Shown: positions 38,101 to 50,919, counted from the stretch's first letter. The stretch: 64,000 bases of DNA from Basidiobolus meristosporus CBS 931.73 (GCA_002104905.1 MCFE01000232.1:1-64000), one strand, 5' to 3'. A program made the numbers and translations. The notes: generated by a model not told the origin, from the letters alone.

Positions 38101-38608
38101 TCATGACAATATCCCAAAGGCCTCTTTCTTGTAGCAGCCACTTCATCCTCACCTTCCACACTTGGAAGTTGGATCCATCCAGCTTTTCAGCAGAGGGAAA
38201 AATTCCAGTAATAGTGGTAGCAGACATTTCAGAGAGTGACAGCCTGGGGCTCATAACCTGTTGTAAGAGTCCTAAAGATATTGGAAGTGATTGGGAGAAC
38301 AAGTATATTTTGTGCTTTTCTCTTAATCAATTATTGAATGTAAAGGTAATATTTATACTTTTACATGGTCTTGGCATTACAAACCTGTAGAATAAGTTAA
38401 GGCAGGTCTCATGCATATTTGTGCAAAGTTAGGGGCTGTTTGAACAGCTTTGAGAATTTTCATGCTCTGGGTACCTGGTATTTTGGTGAGAATATTCCAA
38501 GTAAATCCCAACAGGGAATTTGGTCAGTATTTTCTAGGATTTGAAGGTAATGATCTAAGTGACTAAGTTAGGTGAATATTTAGGTGGATTTACAAATTTT
38601 CTACAACA
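32199..38608 (-). mobile_element. Tandem Copia D array: LTR (38259-38608), internal region (34880-38258), shared LTR (34529-34879), internal region (32199-34528, truncated)
   Basis: PBS at 38246-38258 and 34516-34528; PPT GCTGAGTGGGAG beside 34880. gag (CNHCKRKGHTSDWC), PR (WCIESGASQH), INT and RT/RH ORF fragments are present. The first part of RT is deleted at about 35950. Confidence 0.88.
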
Positions 38609-40582
38609 TGATAATGTCACCACAGGTCCACCATGAGGCCATCAAAACACCACCAAGTTTCTTACATTATAAGGCAACTGGATTCATTGGCAGGATAAGT
38701 CTGCCCAAAGTAAGTTAGCTATATCTGGTCCAGTTCAATTTCCTGGCTTGTAATACTGGAATGATCACTGATGAGATACTCCTGGGCACTGATTCAGGCT
38801 GAGCAATGGTTGTAGAGTCCTTTGAAGTGAAAAAACTTCTATTTTTTGGTCTGATTCAATCCTGACTCTTGAAGGACTTGAGATCACAATTGCATAATCT
38901 TCTGATGTCATTGTTATTAATATGTTGAATCTTCATCAAACACATCCCTGGACTAGAGCAGCTTCTTTGTTATGGTATTGTAACATCTATATGTCTTACT
39001 CTCATTGTAGTAGCCTTAAATCATGCATTTACACTTTTTAGCACAAATATTGAGTGATATCCATGCAGTCTCTTGGTATATGCTGTGCACCCATATATTC
39101 TTAGATGCCCTGCACTTGGTCTGTATCCATACCATGCCCCAGACAGTGTAGCAACACCAAGTATTCTGCTATGACTCCTATTTTTGAAATATACAGCTGT
39201 AGAAACTGATTTTACCCAAAAGTCATAGGATAATTTTTGATTATGGATTATAAATCTTACTATATCCATTATTGATCTGCTTACACATTCTGCAACTCCA
39301 TTTTGCTGAGTAGAGCATGGTCCAGTGGTCTCTTGCTTTATTCCATGAGTTTTGTAGAAGCAGATGAAGAGCTACAAGGTATATTGTCTACCATTATCAG
39401 AGTGTATTTTCTTGATTTTTTCACCAGTTTCATTCTCCACCATGGCTTTGAACTCCCTGAGCTTGGACAAAGTTTCTTCCTTTCTTTCCATGAAGCAGAC
39501 TCATGTGTATCTTGTATAATCTTCAGTAAAAGTGGTTAAGTACTTCATCCTGCCTAAGGATGTATTTTGCATTGGTCCACAAAGATCTGAGTGAGCTGGA
39601 TCTAATTTCTGCTTAGTGTTGATCAACCCAGAGCTCTTGAATGGCTGTCTGGCTTGTTTTCCATACATTCAGGCATCACAGTGCTCCAAATTTGCTGGGG
39701 GATCAACTTACTCCAGAAATTAGCTGATCTTTGATCATTTTTTGTAAAAAATCAAAGTTGATGTGTCCATATTGTTGAAAAATTTGCAATTCAGCCTAAA
39801 TATTCACCTAGCTCAGTCACATATATTGGTGCCTTCAAATCCCAGAGAATACTGACTAAATTCCTTGTTGGGGTTTACTTGAAATATTCTCATTATAATA
39901 TCAGGTACCCAGAACATGGATATTCTCAAGGTTGTCCAAACAGCCCCTAACTTTGCACACATGTTTGTGAGACCTTCCTTAGCCCATTCTATGTGCTTGT
40001 AATGCCATGACCATGTAAAAGTGGAAATACTACTTTTACATTCAATTAATCATTAAGTGAAAACTACATAATCAACTTGTTCTCCCAATTGCCTCCAATA
40101 TCTCCAAGACACATACAACACAAGTCTCCTGTGCCAAGGCATTGGTGTTTCTTCATTTAAGCTACTTATCTTGGCTTCCAGATATGATGGAATATAAGTC
40201 AATTTATTTAGGTTCTGACCCCTGATGCTCAAAGCAATATGGGCACCATTTTGACCTGCTGTATTTGCTCTTGAACATTGAATCAGCAATTTGTCTTCAA
40301 CATTAAGGCAAATGCAGTTAACTGCAATTTTTTCTTTCCTGTTGTACTTTAAGGCCTCTTCTCCTACATATTTAGGAGGGAATTCTTCTCCCATAGAAAT
40401 ATCCAAAGGTCTCTTTTGTGTAGCAGCATTTTCATCTTCAACTTCCACAATTGGTAATCCAATCCTTCCAACTTTTCAGCATGGTGGAGAATTCCAGTAA
40501 TAGCAGTAGTAGACATTGCAGAGAGTGACAGCTTGGCCTCATAACCTGTTGTAAGTGTCCTGGAGCTATTGGAGGTGATTGG
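38609..40582 (-). mobile_element. Older, degenerate Copia D copy (INT, deleted PR/gag, PBS, LTR stub 40547-40582)
   Basis: Homologous to the other D copies and interrupted by a same-family solo LTR. Confidence 0.75.
39773..40120 (+). mobile_element. Solo LTR, Copia family D, inserted into a family-D internal region
   Basis: TGTTGAAA...TACAACA. Flanks CATAT and CAAGT are each one change from the uninterrupted site CAAAT seen in the sister copy at about 33247. Confidence 0.8.
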
Positions 40583-40790
40583 TGTTATGAATAGACACAA
40601 GGCAGGAGAGTAGAGCTAGGCAAGACAGGACCAAGAAAGGACTCAAGTGTGGATCAACAAGGCAAGGATGTTTATTCAAGACCTGTGTTTATCAGACTGA
40701 GGAATACATAAGGGGGGGATAGGACTATGTATACTTTTTGGCAATATGGATACCAATTGATATTGGCTAATACCAATGGGGTTCTGGGGT
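40583..40790. mobile_element. Partial LTR family B, inserted into an LTR D stub and itself cut by an LTR D
   Basis: Matches about 6255-6495. Confidence 0.8.
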
Positions 40791-43700
40791 TGTTGTAAAA
40801 ATTTGTAATTCCACCTAAATAGGCACCTAACTTGGTCACTTAGATCAATACCTTCAAATCCTGGAGAATACTGACCAAGTTCCCTGTAGGGATTTACTTG
40901 GAATATTTGCACCAAAATACCAGGCACCTAGAACATGAAAATTCTCAAAGTTGTCCAAACAGCCCCAAACTTTGCTCACATGTTCTTGAGATCTTCCTTA
41001 ACCTATTCAATATACTTGCCATGCTAAAATCATCTAAAAGTGTAAGTACTACTTTTACATTCAATAAATGATTAAGTGAAAAACACAAAATATACTTGTT
41101 CTCCCAATCACTTCCAATATCCTCAGGACTCTTACAACAAGTTATGAGCCCCGCGCTGTCACTCTCTGAAATGTCTACTACCACTATTACTGGAATTTTT
41201 CCCTCTGCTCAAAAGTTGGATGGATCCAACTTCCAAGTGTGGAAGGTGAGGATGAAATGGCTGCTACAAGAAAGAGGCCTTTGGGATATTGTCATGAGAG
41301 AAGAATACCCTCCTAAAAATGTGGGAGAGGAAGCCTCAAAGTACCAGAAGAAAGAACAAAGTACCTTTAACTGCATTTGCCTTAATGTTAAAGACAAATT
41401 GCTTATTCAATGCTCAAGAGCAAAAACAGCAAAGAATGTGTTAAGGCATTAGAAGACACCTACCAGTCATGTTCAGCTGCTAGGAAAATGTATCTGAGAC
41501 AAAAATTCTTTATTACAAAGATGCTGCCAGGAGAAGAAACAAAAAATCCAATCAACAGAATTACCCTGTTGGTATATGAAATAGAATCTGTGGGCATACC
41601 AACTACTGATGAGGATGTGATAGTTACCATCCTGAATAGCCTGACAGACAGGTTTCAGGGCCTTCTATCAGCCCAGCGTCCAGAACTGAAGATTTGACCT
41701 TAAATTACGTTTATGAAGGGCTCCTGGATTTAAGAATTAAGAAAATCAAGCGGCAATAGGAAAGAAGAGGAAAATGCTTTAATACGCAATGATAGCCAAC
41801 AAAGAAGGTACCCAAGACCCTACAAAGGCAACAGCAACCTGTTCTGCAACTACTGCAAAAGGAAAGGACACACATCATACCGGTATCTCAAAAAGAGAGA
41901 TAATCAGCAAAAGAAGCCTGAATATGAAAATGCTGCAACAACTGAAGATAGACTATTCATATCTGCACTAAATATGACCACAAGCAAGGATTCTTAGAGG
42001 TGGTACATTGACTCTGGAGCATCTCAGCACTTTACACACCAAAAAGAACTTTTTACCCAATATCAAGAAATTCCAATTAAGAAGGTTTCTATGCGTGACA
42101 ATAGAACACTTGATGCAATGGGCAAAGGAACTACCCAAGTAAACCTCAGAAGCAGTGAAGGAAGCCATATACTGACCTTCAAAGAAGTACTCTATGTACC
42201 AGGAATAGCCAAGAACCTACTATCTGCAAGCATGGTCACTGCCAAAGGGCTCAGTTTCAGTTTTGACAATTCTGGATGCAGGATCACTAATCAAAATGGT
42301 GCCCATATTGATTTGTGTATTGGAGATCAGAATCTATACAAGTTAACTTATATTGCATCATATTTGGAGGTCAATATAAGTAACTTAAATGAAGAAACAC
42401 CAATGTATTGGCACAGGAGATTTGGGCTCATCAATTTTGATTATTTGCGCAAAATGATCAAAGATTAGTTGATTTCTGGAGTAAAAGTTGATCCCCCAGC
42501 TAATTTGGAGCACTGTGAAGCCTGCATATATGGGAAACAAGTCAGACAACTGTTCAAGAGCTCTGGGTTAATCAAAACTAAGAAGAAATTAGATCTAATT
42601 CACTCAGATCTGTGTAGACCTTTGCAAAATTTATCCTTAGGCAGGATGAAGTATTTAATCTGTTTTATTGATGATTATACAAGATACACATGGATCTACT
42701 TCATGGAGAGAAAGGAAGAAGCTCTGTCTAAGTTTAGGGAGTTCAAAGCCATGGTGGGGAGAGAAACTGGTGAAAAATCAAGAAATTACTCTCTGAAAAT
42801 GGTGGGGAGTATACCTCAAAACTCTTCATGCACTTCTGCAAAATTCATGGGATAAAACAAGAGACTACTGTACCATACTCCCCACAGCAAAATGGAGTAG
42901 CAGAATGTGCAAACAAATCAATAATTGATATAGCAAGATCTATGGTCCATGATCAAAAATTATCCTTTAATTCTTGGGTGGATTCAGTTGCTACAGCTGT
43001 ATACCTTGAGAATAGGAGTTATAACAGAATACTTTGTGATTCTACTCCATTTGAAGCATGGTATGGGTACAGACCAAGTGCAGAACATCCAAGAATATTT
43101 GGGTGTACAGCATATGCCAAGAAACTGCCCGGAAATCAGTCAAAATTTGAGCCAAAAAGTGTAAAATGCATATGTTGGGCTACTGCAATGAGAGTAAAGC
43201 ATACAGACTCTACAATACCAAATCAAAGAAGCTAATCAAGTCCAGGGATGTGTTGTTTGATGAGAATTCAAGATTTTCAAAAAAAATGACATCAGACAAT
43301 GACAGAAATCTGATCTCAAGTCCACCAATTGTCAGGATTGAATCAGAGCAAAACAATGAAGAATTTTTCACTCCTGAGGACTCTACAACCATGGTTCAGC
43401 CTGAAACAGTGCCCAGGAAAATCCCAGAAGTGATCATTCCAGTATCAAATACTTGGAGCTCCAGTTGGACAAGAAATACCCAAATTACTAAATCAATGGG
43501 GGCACAAACTTAGTCTATGCCTATTCAGTCCATATTGATGAACCCCAGACTGTAAAAGAGGCCCTAAATAGCCCTCAGACAAAGTTTTGGAGACCTGCAA
43601 TGACTGAGGAATATCAATCCCTGATGGAAAATCAAGCTTGGGACTTAGTCAAATTACCAATCAACCAAAAATCAATTGGATGCAGATGGGTCTTCAAGAA

Positions 43701-45060
43701 AAAATACAAGGCTGATGGTATAATAGAAAGATACAAAGCAAGGCTTGTGGCCAAAGGATACTGTCAAACAAAAGGACTTGACTATACTGAGACCTTTGCA
43801 TTGGTAGCCTAGTTTAATTCCATCAGATTAATATTGGCTATTGCGGCCAAATATAAGTTATTTATTCATCAATTGGATGTAAAAGCTGCATTTTTGAGTG
43901 GAGAACTTGATGAGGGCATGTATAGGAACCAGCCTGATGGGTTTGCTGACCAAGATAACCCCCATTTGGTGTGCAAGCTTAATAAGTCTCTATATGGCCT
44001 TAAACAATTGCCAAGAACCTGGAATTGCTAGATAGATTCTTATTTGGAACCTTTGAGTTTCAAAGGGATTAATGCTGACTATAGTATATACTATAGGCCA
44101 GATAGAGCAACTTCAGTGCAATTAGCTCTATATGTGGATGATCTTATTATAGCCGCCAATAACCTAGAAGCATTGGAAGTGACTAAATCCAGCCTATATA
44201 AGGAGTTAAAGATGTCAGATCTAAGAGAGCTCAGTTACTACTTAGGGATTAAGTTCTCCATACACAGAAGTACCCAGACTATTACCCTAAGCCAATCCAA
44301 GTATATTCAAGATATATCAAAGAAGTACCAAATGGAAGAGTGTAAACCAGCAGCCACCCCAATGGGACAAACCTTAACTTGGTCACAACTCAACCAAATC
44401 AAGAGAGCTTGGTGCTATCTGAAAGCCCTGACTTTCCTTATCAATTATGGTTGGCAGTCTGATGTATATCATGCTTGGAACATGTCCAGATATCTCATAT
44501 TCAGTGGGAGTTGTCAGCCAACAAAATCAGACCTATGGATCTGATCATATTGCAGCAGTTAAGCAGATGTTTAGATACCTAAAAGGAACTGCTGATATAT
44601 GCTTAAGATACACTTATAACAATTCAGAACAGGATCTTGTGGGATATTCTGATGCTGATTGGGGACAAAATTTGGAAGTCAGAAGATCCACCACAGGATA
44701 CACCTTTCTTTTGTTGTAAAAATTTGTAATTCCACCTACATATTCATCTAACTTAGTCACTTAGATCATTACCTTCAAATCCTGGAGAATACTGACCAAA
44801 TTCCTTGTTAGGATTTACTTGGAATATTTTCCCCAAAATACCAGGTACCCAGAACATGAAAATTCTCAAGGTTGTCCAAACAGCCCCACACTTTGTACAC
44901 ATGTTTTTGGGACCTTTCTTAACCTATTCTACATGTTTGTTATGCCAGGACCAGGTAAAAGTATAAATACTTCTTTTGCATTCAATAAATCATTAAGTGA
45001 AAACCACATAATCTACTTGTCCTCCCAATCACTTCCAATATCTCCAAGACTCTTACAACA
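40791..45060 (+). mobile_element. Copia D element, near full-length gag-pol, RNase H end and PPT missing, bounded by LTRs 40791-41139 and 44712-45060
   Basis: PBS at 41140-41152; gag, PR (WYIDSGASQH in the DNA), INT, RT (LDVKAAFLSG, LYVDDL) and start of RH (YSDADWG..STTGYTF). There is no PPT before the right LTR and no TSD (GGGGT vs CTGGG). Confidence 0.88.
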
Positions 45061-45585
45061 CTGGGTCCTTGACATTCTGGTGAAATTATCACAAGTAGAC
45101 TCCAACAAGGAATTTGGTAAGTGTTCTCCAAGATTTGTATGTTATGATCTAAGTGACTTAGTTAGGTTTATATTTAGGTGGAGTTACAAATTTTTATAGC
45201 AGATATTCCCAAGAGTGATGGCTTGGGGCTCATAACCTGTTTGTAGAGTCTTGGAGAAACTGGAAGTGATTGGGAGAGCAATTAGATTATACAGTTTTCA
45301 CTTGATGATTTATTAAGTGAAAAAGTAGTATTTATACTTTTGTGTGATCTTGACAAAACATACAAGTAGAATATGCTTAGGAAGGCTCAAGAACATGTGT
45401 GCAAATTTTGTGGTATCTTGGGCAACTTAACAAAACTTTGTGTGCTGGGTACCTGATGTTTTGGTGAAAACATTCCAAGTAAATCCCTGCAAGGAATATG
45501 CTCAGAATTCTCCAAGATTTGTAGGTAATGATCTTTGTGACTAAGTTGGGTGAGTGTTTAGGCACAATTACAAACTTTTACAACA
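45061..45585 (-). mobile_element. Stacked Copia D LTRs: partial LTR 45061-45201, 36-bp PBS/gag stub, complete LTR 45238-45585
   Basis: TGTTTGTAG...TTTTACAACA with PBS at 45225-45237. Further decayed LTR ends lie at about 45620-45720. Confidence 0.8.
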
Positions 45586-45978
45586 GAGTTTAATGTTAAT
45601 GACCAAGCTATCAGAATATTTAGGTGTAATCACAAAATTCACAGCACTCCCACCCAATTAAATAAATATCCCCCAGCTCTCCAAATCCCTTCCAATATCC
45701 CTTAAAATCCTGCAACAATGATCAACAAGATTTCTGGCAATATAAGTACAACATTGATCTTTATTGAAGATCCAGGTTGGTTTCCCACCAAAGTTACCAC
45801 AGTCAAGCTAGAATTGGTAGTGCTTCATCCTGTGATATCTCATTGGTAGAAAGCCAATGAGTGTTGACTGGCCATAATAACCTCTCAAGCCATGATAACT
45901 TTCATCTTCTGTAATTAATGCAGCCGGAACTATGCATTTAAAAAAATATTAAACATAAGTTCCAAAAATAATTTTTTT

Positions 45979-46064
45979 AACCAAAAGTTGAATCGAAGTT
46001 AAAAGATAATTTTGCAAGAAAAGGTTTAAACCAAAAGTATGATCAAAGTTAAAAGATACTATTG
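45979..46064. repeat. 36-bp imperfect direct repeat with 50-bp period at the TE/gene boundary
   Basis: AACCAAAAGTTGAATCGAAGTTAAAAGATAATTTTG vs AACCAAAAGTATGATCAAAGTTAAAAGATACTATTG. Confidence 0.65.
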
Positions 46065-47292
46065 GGAAAAAAGGCCATGGGAATTTTCATCTTACCTAGA
46101 TCTACTAGACAACTACAGTCAGAATAGCTAGTAGATTACTACGAAACATTACCAGAATTCCAAATGCTCGATGGTGTGTGTATCCACCTGACCGAGTTCC
46201 TTGGAGTGGTGTGTAAGAAAGTAGCATGACCGAATATATAATCCACTGCGTAACATAAGCAGGATAGACGGTATCCTAAAAGAGCAGCCCCTCAAGAACT
46301 CGCTTAAAACTAGATTCCAATTATTACATACTTCTTGCAGGGTTTCAACAATACAGTGAGGATGCATAAACGGCCCATTACTACATCCGCCTCCAAAAGA
46401 AATCACGGTGTGACATAGACCTGTGTCCATCCCGGATCTATCTAGGGGATACTGCGTTGGAATGGTAGGATACATCCCTGCTTTTATGTGGATGGTGTCA
46501 AGTGGTTGCGCCATACATGCCAATGTGTGTGGACCCAAGAGAAAGTAAACCAACGCCCTGCAATAGCTTTTCTCACTCAACGCGACCAACCAGCATACAT
46601 ATACAGGATGCAACAGCCTTAGCGATGATCCTCAAAGGATAGGTTCGCTTGGCTGTTCGATTATCCACACGCTAGAAAGGGAGTTCTTGCTGGATAGCTG
46701 GTATGACAATGGCTGATACGCGGGCACATGAGAGGTTGGAGCCACATCAACACAAAATACACTTTCGGCCAGTAGCACAGCATAAGTTAAAAACTGGCTG
46801 ATGATTCACGGATCTGGATGAAGAGCGCCATCGCTACACCACTCATTAGGAATGCGTCCACAATCGGAGTGTTAATGGTTTCATCCGGAGTGTATAGGTT
46901 CCAACTGAAACCGTTTGTGATGGTTGACATCATGGATCCGAGCTTCGTGTGTATCAACTCCGAAAATTTCACCATACTCGTCAGTAGCATTTGCTTTTGA
47001 TATTTGGGTGGTGCCTGTGGTTGTGACGGTTCCATTTGAGTTTGTGGACCACGATCTGAGAATTGCCACTCGGCCATTGGGTGCTCTATCGGCGCATAGC
47101 AACATCCCATTCCTGAAAAATATAAAACAGTTACTGGCCAACTTGCCCAACTGAATTTAATCAACAACAACCCACTTGGCCAATCATACCAACTTGATTC
47201 TATCCCCCGAATGGACATCTTGTCAACACACAGTGAATAAAGCTTTTCCCCTTTGTCTGTAACGAGTTGCCATCGATTAGAAGCTCCAGCAC

Positions 47293-50233
47293 ATGACTAC
47301 CGAAGCTAGAAAAAATGCTCCTCTACTCAAACCAAAACCTGAAAAATACTTCCCCATCTCGCACAGAAAATTCAAACCTCTACCAAATATCCCTCAGGGC
47401 CCTCGTGAACTCTATATCCCACCCAGGGAAGTGTTGACTCCTGCTGCGTCTACGAAGCTACAGGTTGCCAATGTGGAACCACCAAGGAAATTAGAATCCA
47501 TCCAAATACCTCGTAGCATCCCATCCACACAACCCCCGAATACTCTGAACTACCAACAGCACAAAAGTTCCAGTCAACCCTCCGTCAATACAAAAGTTCC
47601 CCCGCATTCTAATACAGCTGGTAAAGTGCATCTGGGCTACTCTACATTGCGCTCCTCCTTAACAAATCCCGATATAGAAGTCAAAGGTGACGAGTTATCT
47701 TCCCGGCCTCGCGTTCTACGCCAACCTAACAAACCCCCCTATAAAGCAGTTACAGACCATAAAGTAAGTGACTGATACCCGTGTATTCGTATATATGAGA
47801 GCACACAGCTGATCGGGTCCGCTGACAGCCGTCCAAAACGAAAATCTCCGCCTTTACCCAGCACATGGAAATATTGAATGCGCGTAAAAACTTGCCAGCC
47901 AGGAGTCCGAAATTGTCTAATGCCGAGGTAGTCCACACTCCCCAAGCCTCTGTAAAGCCATCGAGTCCTCCTCCTGTGGCAGAGAGTGATGGAGCAAACA
48001 AACTTGAAGCCCCACCCTTACCAGAACATACGCCTCCAACCTCAGGGAAAACCTATGAAAGTGATGAACATACTTGTGTGAGCCAGCGTGGAGCCGCTGT
48101 CATCGACGAAAATATCAAGCCGCCGCTCTCTCTGAATACCCAGGTTTCGGAATCATGCACAGCAGCTAACCTGAATTCAGAGTTATCTCCGACGTCACCC
48201 CTTGGAAGGCCACAATACCTATGGAAGGACCTGGTTGATCAATCGAAAATGAAATGCTCCCAACCATTGACTCCCAAGGAAATCGAGCGCCAGGAAACCA
48301 TTTTTGAGCTCATCAACACCGAAAGCGACTATCTGAACTGTCTTTGCGTGCTGGTCGAGGTACCTTCAATGATGATCCACACCAGCAGTATGCACCTCTA
48401 GCTAACCAGTGCCACGTTTCAAGTTCTTTGAGAAACCTCTAATGAAAATGGGAATCCTGAGGAACGACAAAGTTTTGGAGATATTCTCCAACTTGAACGA
48501 GATCCTGTTGTTTCATACGGATCTGTTTAAGGTATACTTCCTGTGTTCCTACCTTTTGCAACTATCTGCAAACAGCCATAGCCCCCCTGCTGACATTCTT
48601 CATTTACTAGCGAATGACCGCTGTATATAAGAAACAATTCCCAGTGATCCAGAAGTTTGCATTTGTATTCAGTGAATGTGTAGGGATTTTCCAGACCCTT
48701 GTATGCTAATGTGCACAAGATAACATCCTTTTTTCAGCTGGATCGGATGAAGATTTATTCAAGATTTGTGGTGAATTACAAGAAGTGTCTCAACAAGGTC
48801 ACGGAATTGCGGCAGACGGAGAAGCGGTTTACGTGGTTTTTAGAGGTAAGGATGGCGCAAGCATGCGGAAGCTGCCGATACAGAACTGATCGCGTCCAAT
48901 AGCAACGTCATCAGAAAACGGAGTCCCGCCATCTTAGTTTGGAAGATCTATTGCTGGAGCCTTTCCAGCGCCTTTGTCGCTATCCGCTGCTCTTTGAGGT
49001 ATGTGCCGCCATCGAGGCCCCCTTGTATCTGGCAATGCAGTAGAGCTAACTTATCTGAAAGAAAATCCTGTCCTGCACGCATCCAGACTCACCAGATCGC
49101 AGCGATATGGTACAGGTGCTTTATCGAATCCGGGAGATCATCCATGAGATCAACGAGGCTAAACAACGATTCGAAATCCGAGAGGAGATGCATTTGGCCC
49201 AGTCCAGAATCAAAGGGTTCGGCTATTTTGATTTTCTAGCGCCATCCCGGGAACTGATCCTGGAGGGAGGCCTCACTTTTCTCAATGCCAAGGAGGCGAA
49301 TTCCCCGCGGCTCGTCAAAGTCTACCGCCAGAAATCCTTCCCTCTGAGGGTTTTCTTGTTCAACGACTGTATACTGCTCACCAAGCACCGAAATAAGAAA
49401 ACCGGGCCCCAGTACAAAGCAATCGCCCCGCCCTCCCGCGTGACTCACGTCCAGGAGGTTGAGGATGTTTCTGTCAAAAGTAGGATTCCCTGGAGAACCT
49501 GTAACGTTGGGTGGTGGAGAAACCAGCTAACCGATGCATTCTTTAGATTCCAAAACCCTGCTTAAAATCACCACTGTAAATAGATGTATTGAAAGATTCG
49601 TATTGGAAGCAGCCGACGAAAAAGACCGTGCACGTTGGATAGACAAAATCAACCAAACCATTCCTCTACATACTAGACGCAAATCCGACTCTGGTACGCA
49701 AGATAGCCCCTACTGCTTGCGTTGATAATCCACTAACACTAAGGGTTCTTCACTAGACTTTGAGCTGATCAACAGTCACGAATCCCTCATCGATTGCCCA
49801 CTCCCATTTAAAAACTTCGAGAGCGTCAAGATCAATCTACAAACATCAGGCGACTCTTTCTCAATGCAAACCAAGGATCATTTTCTTCGAGAATTACAGG
49901 ACTACGGTATGTGTGCAAGTAACTCCAATACGGAGACTCGTTTGAGCTGACATCTGTTGCTGTGCAGATGAAAAACTATTGCAGGAGTACCGACCAGTGT
50001 TACCATTTTGGGCTCATCTGCAGACATGCAACGAGTCGTTGAGTCACTCCCACACCATCTACTTGACACCGAAGAAGTCGAAGTCCAACGAAAGGCTTTT
50101 GATTGCACCCACCTCCATTCCAGGCAGAAGAGCCTTACCGAGCGTCCCTATGTCTACACCATCATCCGGCAGAAAGTCTCTCCCTGTCCCACCCTCCCAA
50201 CTAAAAGTCTCGAAAAAACCCGCCGAGCATTGA
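47293..50233 (+). CDS. Rho guanine-nucleotide exchange factor (Pro/Ser-rich N-terminus, DH and PH domains), multi-exon
   Basis: Exons join in frame across GT-AG introns (47764-47828, 48360-48423, 48532-48610 and others). DH motifs ERQETIFELINTESDY and LSLEDLLLEPFQRLCRYPLL; PH motifs ELILEG..VFLFNDCILL..RARWIDKIN. Stop at 50233. Confidence 0.88.
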
Positions 50234-50919
50234 CAGCCCTATGGAGGCGAATGCGCATATTTATATATTATTGTATATACCAAGTAAACACGAAACATCG
50301 CTGCATGTAATCGCCTTATATATTCTACCGTTGTAGCAGACCAATTTCGTCCTTATACCTCGGCTTCCATGGTCAGTACCGATGTAATGCTCTTCCCTCA
50401 TCCATGTGGCCCATTCGATTAAATGCCCATTCATCCGCAGCCTGAATTGCTCCCAAATAAGGGTTCGACACGCTGGCGACGATATGAATATTCCACGACA
50501 TATCAGCGAATGCTCTGAATTCCCAGAAATAGATATCCCCCAAACCAGAACGCTCAACGAGGAAGTTCCGTGTCAAACCACCTGAGCCTGGATTACGTCG
50601 CTCCAGATGGATGATTCAAACGTCTAGAACCTGCCCCAGTAGGCCATGCGAAATATCAAGTAACAAAAAATGGAAGTTGTGTTCTAGCCGTCCGAATTCA
50701 GCAGAAATGGTCTGCCATCGGACTGTGTACATAACAGTCCAGTCGAGATGCTCCCATGGGATTGGGAAGAGACACAGCAGCGATCGTTTCATTGGCAGTA
50801 CATAATTTATTATTCTATCAAAACTCTATATCTATGAACAAGGTTTACAGGGTGACCAATCTATATTATGACTCTACAGTATTCGGAAGTGGTCAATGGG
50901 GCACTGAGCGACACGACCA

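Noticed and set aside
40791-45060. Intact, potentially active Copia element
   Set aside because: It has stops and frameshifts, a missing RNase H end and PPT, diverged LTRs and no TSD. The right LTR is probably a separate insertion or a recombinant.
351-45565. Numerous short ORFs antisense to, or out of frame with, TE genes in the ORF track
   Set aside because: They are shadows of decayed transposon reading frames with no independent coding signal, and many begin at non-ATG codons.
1-45900. Classic ascomycete RIP as the main mutational process
   Set aside because: CA/TG dinucleotides are abundant and CG is what is missing. This fits CpG methylation decay better, although a minor non-CG component is flagged separately.
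1-45900. Calling the block a centromere
   Set aside because: TE density alone is not diagnostic. No satellite, known centromeric motif or LINE marker was seen, so CENP-A data would be needed.
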